From Pseudomonadota bacterium (lineage in GTDB: Bacteria; Myxococcota_A; UBA9042; GCA-2863065): a stretch of DNA of 64,000 nucleotides. Position numbers and translations under genes: made by a program. Each line of letters starts with the position of its first letter. Positions within the stretch are counted from its first letter, which is position 1. Under the pieces are notes generated by a model. The model saw only the letters and a program-made list of their open reading frames with translations, was not told the origin of the DNA and did not search any database. Of this stretch, positions 13,001-19,326 are shown one piece after another. The stretch lies in assembly GCA_005776585.1 (NCBI GenBank), contig SXOX01000044.1:22418-86417 (forward strand). Reading direction: 5' to 3'.

Positions 13001-14400
13001 CGTGGCTCTACGACGTGACGGCGCCGGCCGTGCCGTTCTGCGCCAACGAGCCCAACGGGAGCACGAGCGAACAGTGCACGCTCTGGCACAAGCAGAACGG
13101 CTGCGCCATCGACTCGTATTGCTACAGCGGCTATCGCTTCATCTGCGAGGCGCCCACAACCACCGCGTGCACGGTCAACTGGCAGTTCTCGGACGCGGCC
13201 TACGGGCCGAACAAGAACTTCCCGAACACCGGCTTCGATACGTGGGACGTGGAGGTCGTCGACATCGATCAGGACGGCTGGGAGGACGTGTTCATGACGA
13301 ACCGGGGTCAGAGCAATCGCATCTATCGCAATATCGGTGGCAACTTCGTCGCCGACGACGGGACGCGCTTCCCACAGACCGAGGACAACATGGCGGCGTT
13401 CCGGACCGAGGTCACCGACGTCGATCAAGACGGCGACAAAGACCTCATCATCCAAAAGGACATCGGCAGCGGCAACTCGTGGGTCGATGTGTACTTCAAC
13501 GACCGCGCGCAGGGCGGCCAAGGCGCCTTCGTGGCCGGCTCGCTCACCAACATCCCGACGCGACGCACCGAGGACAGCCTTTACTTCGGCGTGGGCGATC
13601 TCAACGCCGATGCGCTGCCGGATATCTACGTGGTCAACGGCAACAGCCAGGACTGGCTCTGGCTCAATCACGGCTTCAAAGAGGACGTGGCGATCATCGA
13701 CCAGAATCGCGTGCCCATCGGCGCGTTTGCGAACAACACCATCCTCGGGACGCCCGAAGACGCGTGGACGACCTACTCCGCGGCGGTGGGCGACATCGAT
13801 GGGGACCAGGATCTCGACATCGTGCTCGGCAACGCGGGCGGACAGCGCCCCCGGCTGTGGGTCAACGACGGCGCGGGCAACTTCTTCGACCAGACCGGGA
13901 CGCGCCTACCGGACGTCAAGTACGGGCTGCGCGGCCTAGAGCTCGTCGACCTGAATGGCGATGGAGATCTCGACCTCGTCGGTGTCGCCACGCCCGAGGC
14001 CAACCAGCCCGGCGGCGTGCGTCTGTTCGCCAACAACGGCCAAGGCTTTTTCGTCGAGCGCACGACGCCGAATGTGCTCAACAACCCCACGGGCACCGGC
14101 TGGCGGGGGCTGTGCGTCGGCGACGTCGACCAGGACGGGGACTCGGACTTCGTCATCGTCGGCTCGTACTACACGCAGGACGCGGCCTATCTCGTGACGA
14201 ACGGACAGGACGCGTTCAATACGGATATGTCCACGCTGTTCATCTCGCCGATCATGCCCTACCAGAACGGCAACTACAGCACGGTCACTTCGTGCACGCT
14301 GACCGACATGAACGGCGACGGGTGGCCCGACCTGTACCTGGGCATCGACGGTCAGCAGAATCGCCTGTACTTCAACGACACCCACGCCGTGTTCGTCTAG
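4048..14400 (+). CDS. Giant lipoprotein adhesin: 29 IPT/TIG repeats + FG-GAP propellers + inserted C-type lectin domain (3450 aa to the first stop)
   Basis: GGAGG then ATG 4048; lipobox LSAC; 29 counted repeats P..x.P..GP..GG..V...G.GF.....V.FG....NPDG....F.Y; DxDxDGDxD blades from about 12165; CTLD at about 12820-13150. Confidence 0.9.
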   Translation: MSGHPSRVALFCTTLALAALSACSKDDGLGTVGGNQPTQDSAGGQDTVTAVDPGPPAPETHATGLAPVLYRLLPSQGPTEGGSVIVVEGAGFYPTARVRFGTAEATVVTVYDPGHIVVKTPASVAGVMDVTVENPDGGKTTFAGGFTYWLKQPNAATEGPRLVQVTPNSGPAVGGTAAALIGTTFTEGAVVLFNWRLVPQARVISATQAAFVTLPAPAGSVDVVLTNPDGQSSILTNAFAATGGQELEPPPHIGAVSPASGPVGGGTAVTITGDGLRPGSIALLDGALVTDWKVISGTEARFTTPKHAPGVAPLWVSNADGQSAFANKAFLFFDAPPTVYHVTPDLGPSAGGTVVTISGARFAQGATVSLGGKPCAALTVVDAAQLTCTTPAGTTNTSVDLLLTNPDGLVAQLPAAFRYEDPIAPPPLTLTGAIPMQGPAEGGILVYLQGTGFTDALEVRFGDTVATPVWVPGAVGLVATLPPGAPGQVKVGVRAKQTLGPWVELPSPFTYVAKPTVQKLLDLESVQPPSGPTAGGGLVLLRGAAFPPDLAVWFGPTKAATVHVLSTTLATVRVPAGKAGVVDVTVADTTGASAALKSGYLYATPDPAQAPKLTKLVPPSGPAAGGTLALLQGSGLVQGGLAFLDATPLEHVTLVGPSAASLRSTPHAAGTVDVTWVNPDGQWAALSGAFTYVSGALGTVTVSGITPLQGSTLGGTAISVTGSGFTPGSLLFLGGIPHDVTGNGSTALTSATQPHAAGAVDVAVTSPSGVTAVLASGYTYALEPPIVHETLPSHGAAAGGNTVTVLGSGFANGAGVAFGALPCLGVVVTSPAELSCQAPAGTPGASVAVTVSNPSGLVGTLPSAYTYDVPAGAPVVLTVSPTSGPTTGELLVLITGQSFQPGASVTFGAVASPDVHVPSSDAIVAALPPAPEGTVSVTVKNPDGKASTLPSAFTYVVASTGGGPAQSASLAVVTPPAGPVAGGGHVILRGYGFVEGMQASFGKTVSPKVVLVDPGTAIATVPAAAGPGAVDVSLVLPSGATAKLASAYAYVAGVGSAPALTAIKPPIGPTIGGTLALVTGQNLDSGALVFIDGVPATAVRRSSSALGTFKTPANDAGPADVEWVNPDGFWAKLEGAFIYTTGGKASTTVTAVVPVQGSVAGGTVLSVSGTGFAPGSLLFLDGEPIDAKVLSSKTLTATTPPHAAGLVDLSVTPPDGWTATLPGAFNFVVEQPFLAAVTPSLGLVAGGTTVTLVGQGFHPSAQVTWAGGTVAATWLDGGHLTLSVPAHDVGTVAVTVTNPDGLSDTLEGAYTYVLSLPGSEIGLTGVAPAFVPTSGGTWVAVTGKSFGVDTVALFGNAVATSATLVDAGTLLVAAPAQASPGPVDLSVVATSGATAKLPKAVVYYDAASLGPWPVVSSMFPVLGPTEGGTVAAIAVAPARADAAVWVGDTQATVLGTDGTDTLVVKMPPASAVGTRSVTVVFPEGKAGAVSGGFTYYVKKPTQVAPTLASIAPTGGKTSGGQAVALKGQAFANAARGFIGYRPLVEPKWTSALQLDGKAPTGTVGLADVAVTNPDGLTAVLPAGFAFSAPKPNVNLVFPSVGSVKGGLSVVVSGEDLHAQATLTFGGKAGTNVVVFSPQLMTATLPATATAGPVDVTVTNPGPLAGTLAGGFTYTDKTFTAPAPDVMALVPAQGPYAGGTVLALYGASFQPGAQVLFGGKPATVHRVEGGFAVVTSPSGFIGAVDVTLLNPDGQADTLPAGFSYLTPAAKTPKLFGITPSAGPEAGGTPSILTGDAFTGGGLGFVGYRPLSSWTVLNGAIATGTIDTLEPGAHDVVETNGDGQSATLKGGFSSVGAPVIDGIEPAYGPTSGGTLVTLAGKNFATGLKLTFGGVPAQAVQVLSPFVVKCQTPPGTAGPAQVKIVNPDAQLTVAASPFVYLAPPEITGTFPKRGPATGGTPVIISGNGLLTTSQVLFGSKPATKLSWLSQGGTQTGSSAGDTVKALVATAPPGTIGAKVDLTVTNPDGQSAIAYAAFEYVDPATLGPAPTLGALLPPTGPTTGGTWGLASGTNLAPGSQLVLGTALAETHVLAATQLRFVSGATSAAGPVDVWIVQPDGQSALLPDGFTYTLLSTLGPAPAIAEVDPERGPTKGGTHVTVSGNGLTAQALVFFGTTPAPAVALQGAALDATTPPHGPGTVTVTVTANDGQTVHAPDAYTFVPPPVLTGIAPVAGPAAGGTYVTLTGQDFAKTPVIYFCDDWSQNDACAPCDAVVFTSKTTVSCTTPAHTAGDTQVVLKNPDGQVSILESGFLFRPPPTITALVPPTGSTLGATKVTVYGKDFQPGATVTIGGTAALDVTVLDSETLTLTTPPGTAGPAVVVLKNPDGGLKTLAGGFVYVPPPIVTNVFPNLGPEPGGTVITIQGTGFVPGAASAVSKVQIGQNLVDAAKVNVISSLLIQAETPPGVGPAAVKVINPDGQTGVLAGAFTYVPLVPAPEVKTVTPPYGPTSGGYIVKLTGNHFLDGAEVAFGKGDTWSVSYDVSVKNNGTLIVCTAPAHPAGKVDVRVTNTDGQSHALTLAFEYTEPQGLPGLAFAGIEPKRGPTKGGYFTTVFGQGFKQGMKVYVGSSKTSTWTEALDVIRLGPTLLRVKMPQMPKGPVDVRLSNPALGGVADEVIGAVAFTYGQGVVMTPKGHLLPIDVTQNDRQPVIFDANGDALPDVMIMHHNQKPDLFINTRDAQGNAGVFVDQTATNIQSDIPTNCWEMNFARPIDIDKDGDLDVLYWSGYCYYDLKVWRNNGNGIFKVESVSTSYYGVQDVTVADFNCDGLVDVFLSRWSDQLKVLLINDGTGYFREPSYSMPFNYDSILPAHKEPTRAAAAADVDHDGDMDLVIANDQATQDRLYYNNCNNITLPPQCVYNVPNCTMTDRDGHRYAFCSEGKSWYDADTHCKRYGMRLATVNDADEGAFLKASMGDHSWLGGSDAAKEGTWAWLYDVTAPAVPFCANEPNGSTSEQCTLWHKQNGCAIDSYCYSGYRFICEAPTTTACTVNWQFSDAAYGPNKNFPNTGFDTWDVEVVDIDQDGWEDVFMTNRGQSNRIYRNIGGNFVADDGTRFPQTEDNMAAFRTEVTDVDQDGDKDLIIQKDIGSGNSWVDVYFNDRAQGGQGAFVAGSLTNIPTRRTEDSLYFGVGDLNADALPDIYVVNGNSQDWLWLNHGFKEDVAIIDQNRVPIGAFANNTILGTPEDAWTTYSAAVGDIDGDQDLDIVLGNAGGQRPRLWVNDGAGNFFDQTGTRLPDVKYGLRGLELVDLNGDGDLDLVGVATPEANQPGGVRLFANNGQGFFVERTTPNVLNNPTGTGWRGLCVGDVDQDGDSDFVIVGSYYTQDAAYLVTNGQDAFNTDMSTLFISPIMPYQNGNYSTVTSCTLTDMNGDGWPDLYLGIDGQQNRLYFNDTHAVFV

Positions 14401-14844
14401 AAGACGCAGTCGCACCTCTCGGCCGTCTCAGACTCGTCGCGCGACGTCACCGTGCTCGACCTTGACCTGGACAACGACAAGGACATCTTCGTCACCAACA
14501 GCGGCGACGATCGCCTGCACCTCTCCGAGCTCAACTACAAGCTCGGCGACGTCACGGCCTCCAACCTGCCGACCGGCATGAACACCGACTCGACGGGCTC
14601 GATTGTCACCGACCTCGATGGCGACGGCCTGCCCGACATCCTGACGGTGAACTGGGGTCAGCAGAACAGCCTCCTGCTCAACGCCGGCGCGGCCTTCTTC
14701 GACAACTTCACCGACCAGCTCCCGAGAGACACGGACTACAACTACGGCGTGGCCATGGGCGACTTCGATCTCGACGGCGACACGGACGTGTTCACGTTCG
14801 GCACGAGCGTCGATCGCATCTACCTCAACGACACGCCGAAGTAG
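14401..14844 (+). other. In-frame continuation of the giant adhesin after TAG 14398-14400 (147 aa, three further FG-GAP blades)
   Basis: Same frame as the upstream ORF. Translation KTQSHLSAVSDSSRDVTVLDLDLDNDKDIFVTN...DLDGDGLPDILTVN...DFDLDGDTDVF; no obvious RBS or signal peptide of its own. Confidence 0.85.
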
Positions 14845-14963
14845 CGAGGGGACGGTCCTGACATGTTGCGATCCGCCTTCCCTTCCCTTTCGAGCGCTCT
14901 TGTGGTAAGTAGCGAGGGGACGGTCCTGACATGTTGCGATCCGCCTTCCCTTCCCTTTCGAGC
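14839..14963. repeat. Perfect 57-bp direct repeat x2 (14839-14895 and 14907-14963), 68-bp period
   Basis: AAGTAGCGAGGGGACGGTCCTGACATGTTGCGATCCGCCTTCCCTTCCCTTTCGAGC occurs twice, separated by 11 bp; it includes the adhesin's final stop codon. Confidence 0.95.
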
Positions 14964-14986
14964 CCACCTGTGCTACTCCCGCGCGC

Positions 14987-15928
14987 ATGCTCAAGCAACT
15001 CACCCTACTCACCTTCATTCTCACGCTCGGTGCCTGCGCCGCGGAGGTCGAGGACCTGACGACGGAGGACCTCGGCGAGATGGACCTGGCCGAAGACGGC
15101 AAGGACGACTCCACGGCCAAGTCCTTCAAGCTCGCGGCCGGCAAGACGACCAAGCTGGCCTTCAAGGCCACGAGCACGCCGGTCGTGCTCACCATCAATT
15201 GTGGGCCGCCGTCGGATCCGGACGCGATTGGTCCGGTCTTCGCGCTGGATGCACCCACGCTTGGCGCCTGGGCGGCCAAGTCCACCGAGCGCGCGGGCTA
15301 CTTCCGGTGGGCCGGCAAGCTCGCGGCGGGCACGCACGCGGTCAACGTCCTGGGGCGGATGGGCTCAGCGACCTGCAAGGTCAGCCTCACGAAGCAGGCC
15401 GCGTCGCAGAAGTGCCTCTCGCGCGCCGAGTGGCGCTCGTCGAACACGAACCACGAGCACATCCGCGTCGGCGAGGACGCGTCGTTCGACTGGGAGGAGT
15501 TCCCTGCGTCGGGCAGCCACTGGGGCGCGTGGCCCATGTGGAACCGCATCTACGAGAAGCCGGTCAAGACCGGGTTCCTGTTGCACGGCCTGGAGCATGG
15601 CGGTCTGGCCGTGAGCTCCAAGTCGGAGACCAAGGCCGAGCTCGACGCGGTCACGGCACTCGTGACGAGCTTCCAGAAGGCCACGCCGGACGCGACGCGC
15701 CTGTTCGTCACGCCCGATCCCAAGCAGCCGGCCGCCTATGCCATCCGCGGGTGGCGGTGGGCCTACGTGGCCGACTGCGTCGACGAGAAGAGCGCGCTCA
15801 GCTTCATGACGGCGCACTTCCGGCACGGGCGCGAGGACATCGACGCCGATCCGCCCATCCCGTTCGATCCCACGACCACGACGGTGCCGTGCGAGAACCT
15901 CATGGCGGCGCCGGACTCGTGTAACTAG
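14987..15928 (+). CDS. DUF3105-family lipoprotein
   Basis: Lipobox LGAC; PASGSHW...IYEKPV...LLHGLEHGG motif characteristic of DUF3105. Confidence 0.75.
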   Translation: MLKQLTLLTFILTLGACAAEVEDLTTEDLGEMDLAEDGKDDSTAKSFKLAAGKTTKLAFKATSTPVVLTINCGPPSDPDAIGPVFALDAPTLGAWAAKSTERAGYFRWAGKLAAGTHAVNVLGRMGSATCKVSLTKQAASQKCLSRAEWRSSNTNHEHIRVGEDASFDWEEFPASGSHWGAWPMWNRIYEKPVKTGFLLHGLEHGGLAVSSKSETKAELDAVTALVTSFQKATPDATRLFVTPDPKQPAAYAIRGWRWAYVADCVDEKSALSFMTAHFRHGREDIDADPPIPFDPTTTTVPCENLMAAPDSCN

Positions 15929-17288
15929 CGATCATGCGAGCGATCGTGGCCTGGTTGTGCCGGGCCTTCCAGCGCACTCCAGCTGCGATGAGATCCCGAA
16001 CGGCGTCGGAGTAGCGAAAGAAGTCCTGGTCCAGCGTCGGATCGATCTCCAGCAGGCGCTGCACCTCGTCTTGCGGCTGCGTGAACGGGTTGGGCTCCTC
16101 GGGCACGCGCGCGACGTCGAGCCACCAGCCGGTGAAGCCGTAGTGCGCGTGCCACCGGTCGTAGATGGTCGTCCCCGGAAACGGCACGAGGACCCCGCGG
16201 TTGTTGTAGTAGTCGACCCAGGGCGCGAGGTCCGCCATGAGGTCCATCGTGCGTTGGAGGCTGTCAGGTCCCTCTTCGGGAAAGCCGAACATGATGTTGA
16301 CGACCGTGGTCATGCCGGCCTGCTTGGCGGCTTGGACGGCCGCGCGCACGTGCTCGGGGCGTTGGCCCTTCTGGATGACCCGAAGGATGTCGAGGTCACC
16401 GGACTCGATCCCGAAGTTCACCGCGACGCACCCCGCCTTGCGCATGCGCTCGAGATCGAACGGCTTGACCATGTTCCCCGGGGTGATGCAGGTCCACGTC
16501 GCGTTCTTGAGCGACGGCTCGGCCAGGATGGCGTCGCACAGCGCGTTCTGGCGCGGCCGGAGCGCGGTGAAGGCGTCGTCCCAGAATGGAAAGTGCATCA
16601 CGCCGTATTGGTCGTGCAGCGCGCGCATCTCGGCGACGACGCTCGCGGCGCTGCGAAAGCGATACGCGCGGCCTGTCACGTAGTTCGCGCAGAAGGTGCA
16701 GCGCGCCGGACAGCCCCGGCTCGTGCAGAGGCCACCGGGGACGACCGTTCGGCCATCGGCCGAGTACCAGCTGGGGTCGTAGCAGCCATACGCGTGCAGC
16801 GGCCACGCGAGCCCGTCGAGGTCGGCGATGGCCTCGGCGCAGGTGCCCGCGTCGTCGCGCGTGCTGACGCCGGGCAGCGACGGCAACGGCCGACCCGACA
16901 TCAGGCCGTCCACGATGGCGGGCAGGACCAGCTCGCCCTCACCAGCGACGCTCACGTCGATGCCGTGCGCGAGCGGCTCCCCGGGGCACACGGTCGGATG
17001 CGGTCCGCCGGCGACAATCCACCGCGCGACCGGGCGCAGCTGGCGCGCCAGGGCGTAACCGCGCGCGGCGTTGTTGGTAAACAGCGTGAGGCCCATGACG
17101 TCGGGAGCGAAGGCCTCCGCGAAGGCGACGGCGCCGCGGTCGTCGAGCTCGAGCCGCGAGGCCGCCAGGTCGAGGCAGCGCACCTCATGGCCTCGCGCGA
17201 GCAGCGCCGCGGCGATGGCTTGCTGGCCGAGGTAAGGCGCTCCAAGCCGCTGCGGGAGCCGGGGCATGATGAGCAGGACACGAGCCAT
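15900..17288 (-). CDS. B12-binding domain radical SAM enzyme
   Basis: Likely start MARVLLIMP at 17288; GGPHPT and GEGE in the cobalamin-binding domain; TSRGCPARCTFC (CxxxCxxC); FWDDAF and FGIESG. Confidence 0.9.
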   Translation of the reverse strand: MARVLLIMPRLPQRLGAPYLGQQAIAAALLARGHEVRCLDLAASRLELDDRGAVAFAEAFAPDVMGLTLFTNNAARGYALARQLRPVARWIVAGGPHPTVCPGEPLAHGIDVSVAGEGELVLPAIVDGLMSGRPLPSLPGVSTRDDAGTCAEAIADLDGLAWPLHAYGCYDPSWYSADGRTVVPGGLCTSRGCPARCTFCANYVTGRAYRFRSAASVVAEMRALHDQYGVMHFPFWDDAFTALRPRQNALCDAILAEPSLKNATWTCITPGNMVKPFDLERMRKAGCVAVNFGIESGDLDILRVIQKGQRPEHVRAAVQAAKQAGMTTVVNIMFGFPEEGPDSLQRTMDLMADLAPWVDYYNNRGVLVPFPGTTIYDRWHAHYGFTGWWLDVARVPEEPNPFTQPQDEVQRLLEIDPTLDQDFFRYSDAVRDLIAAGVRWKARHNQATIARMIASYTSPAPP

Positions 17289-17363
17289 CGTGCGCGCTAG
17301 CCTACAGGAGCCGTAGAGCGCCTGCTCATCATTTTTCAACGGCGCCGTGCTACCGTCCCGGCC

Positions 17364-18008
17364 GTGATGGACGCACCGACCTATCGTCGCTTTGCTCCGG
17401 GCGATCCCACCCCCCGCGTCGGGCTCGTCCTCTGGGATCTCGGCGGCGTCGTCGTGGACGTCGACCTCGACCGCGGCCGCGCGGAGCTGCTCCGGCGCAC
17501 GGGACGGGACGTCTTCGAGGCCGCCTTCTTCGATCCCGAGACGCGCCTCAAGGAGCGGCTCGACCGGGGCGAGCTCACCGCCGAGGCCGGGCTCAACGCG
17601 CTCCAAGAGCGGCTCGGCGTCGCGCCCGTGGACGCCATCGCGGCCTGGAACGCGGTGCTCACCGTGCGCCCCGAGGTCACGGCCCTCATTTTGGCCCTCG
17701 CAGTGCCGGTCGGCGTCATCTCGAACGCCGATCCCGTCCACGCCGCCTTTATTCGGGCGAACGCGGGGATCGACTCCGTGGTCCAGCACTGGACCTGGAG
17801 CTACGAACATCGCGCGATGAAGCCCGACGCCGCGCTGTTCGAGCGCGCGCTCGAGGTCCATGACGCGGCGCCGCCGGAGGTACTGCTCATCGACGATCGC
17901 GAGGACAACGTCGCCGCCGCGCTCGCGCTCGGAATGGACGCGGTGCGCTACACGACGCCCTCTGACCTGCACCTCGCGCTCCGGGCGCGGGGCCTGGCCC
18001 TGCCGTGA
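17364..18008 (+). CDS. HAD-superfamily phosphatase (YihX-like)
   Basis: WDLGGVV motif I; MKPD and IDDREDNV motifs III/IV. Confidence 0.88.
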   Translation: MMDAPTYRRFAPGDPTPRVGLVLWDLGGVVVDVDLDRGRAELLRRTGRDVFEAAFFDPETRLKERLDRGELTAEAGLNALQERLGVAPVDAIAAWNAVLTVRPEVTALILALAVPVGVISNADPVHAAFIRANAGIDSVVQHWTWSYEHRAMKPDAALFERALEVHDAAPPEVLLIDDREDNVAAALALGMDAVRYTTPSDLHLALRARGLALP

Positions 18009-18388
18009 CGCGCCGTCGCTGGCTGTCGTTCGCCATGCTGGCCCTCTGCGGCGGCGTGTTCGCCTGGTCGATGAAGGCGCGACCGCGCGAGGTGACCATC
18101 GTCTTTGTGCTCACGAGCCTGGAGATCTCCACCGACCACGGGCTGCTGCGCCACGAGAGCGTCTCCCGCCTGAGGTGCCGCGTCTTGAGAGAGGACGGCG
18201 AGGCCATCGCCACCATCGACGTGCCGCGACCGGGAGCGGTCTCCGCGCCGGCGCTGGTCACGCTGCCGAGCGGCGAGTACGCCCTGGAGGTGCGCCTCGA
18301 GCTCACCGACGGTCGCGGGGGCTCTCAGACACGGACCTTCCTGCGGCGCGCCAAGCTGGACGAAGACCGCGTCCAGGTGACGCTCTGA
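18005..18388 (+). CDS. Hypothetical membrane-anchored protein
   Basis: GTGA overlap with the HAD stop; N-terminal hydrophobic segment; genome-like codon usage. Confidence 0.65.
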   Translation: MTRRRWLSFAMLALCGGVFAWSMKARPREVTIVFVLTSLEISTDHGLLRHESVSRLRCRVLREDGEAIATIDVPRPGAVSAPALVTLPSGEYALEVRLELTDGRGGSQTRTFLRRAKLDEDRVQVTL

Positions 18389-18397
18389 GCGTCGCGC

Positions 18398-19249
18398 TCA
18401 GCCCTTGACCCCGCCTGCCGTGAGCCCGCCGACGAGGTAGCGCTCCAGGCGATAGAAGAGCGCCATGACGGGGATGGAGACGATGACCGAGGCCGCCGCG
18501 AAGCTGCCCCAGAGCGTGGACTTCGGGTCCGCGTACCGCTGGATGGTGACCGGCAGCGTGTAGGCGAGCGGCTCGTCGTTGAAGGTGAACGCCAGTACGA
18601 ACTCGTTCCACGCGGTCATGAACGAGAAGAGCGCCGTCACCGCGATCGCCGGCGCCGCGAGCGGCAGGACAATCTTCCAGAAGATGGTGAACCGGCTGGC
18701 GCCGTCGATGAGCGCGGACTCCTCGAGCTCCTTGGGAATGGTATCGAAGTAGCCCTTGAGCATCCAGACGCAGAACGGGATGGCGGTCGTGGCGTAGACC
18801 AGGACGAGCCCCAGCATGGAGTCGAGCAGGTTCAAGCGATTGAGCAGCACGTAGAGCGGGATGAGCGTCAGCACGCCGGGGAACATCTGCGTCACCAGAA
18901 ACATCGTCATGCTGGTCCGCCGTCCGTAGAAGCGGAAGCGGCTCATGGCGTAGGCGGCCGTGGTCGCGAGGGCCACGCCCACGATCGTCGTTGCGCCGCT
19001 CACGATCAGGCTGTTCCAGAGCTGCGGTCCAAAGAGCCACGCGCCGTCGTCGGTGCGGTTGCCGAGCACGTCGCGGAAATGCGCCAACGTCCACTCACCC
19101 GAGAGCGGGTTCATCTTCGTCTGAAAGCCTTGCCCCGGCGCGAGCGCCTTGCGGAGCACAAGCAGGACGGGCCAGAGCACGAGCGCGGTGACCGGCAGGA
19201 GCACGAGGTGCGGCCACGCGGAGGACCAGTGACGGCGAAGCCCGGACAT
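18398..19249 (-). CDS. malG: Sugar ABC transporter permease (MalG/GanQ-like)
   Basis: NSLIVS, TQMFPG..LIPLY, EAA loop KGYFDTIPKELEESALIDGA, WNEF and C-terminal GLTAGGVKG. Confidence 0.9.
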   Translation of the reverse strand: MSGLRRHWSSAWPHLVLLPVTALVLWPVLLVLRKALAPGQGFQTKMNPLSGEWTLAHFRDVLGNRTDDGAWLFGPQLWNSLIVSGATTIVGVALATTAAYAMSRFRFYGRRTSMTMFLVTQMFPGVLTLIPLYVLLNRLNLLDSMLGLVLVYATTAIPFCVWMLKGYFDTIPKELEESALIDGASRFTIFWKIVLPLAAPAIAVTALFSFMTAWNEFVLAFTFNDEPLAYTLPVTIQRYADPKSTLWGSFAAASVIVSIPVMALFYRLERYLVGGLTAGGVKG

Positions 19250-19326
19250 CCCTGCGAGCCTAGCAAGCCGACACGCCGGCGTCACCTCAGTTGCGTCGCG
19301 CGCCGTCCACAGGTTGAATCGCCGCG

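Noticed and set aside
4051..13671. Long antisense ORFs (914, 1117, 1028 aa) and other shadow ORFs throughout the window
   Set aside because: Expected artefact of high GC3 coding on the opposite strand; Arg/Gly/Ala-rich with no recognisable motifs.
14398..14400. Genome-wide TAG recoding
   Set aside because: TAG ends many clearly complete genes (e.g. 24507, 30219, 33166, 49004); no pyl genes in the window.
12745..14844. Diversity-generating retroelement targeting the C-type lectin / AAC-rich region
   Set aside because: No reverse transcriptase and no template/variable repeat pair with adenine-specific differences in the window.
14839..14963. Possible CRISPR mini-array
   Set aside because: Only two copies, 57-bp repeat with an 11-bp spacer, and no cas genes in the window.
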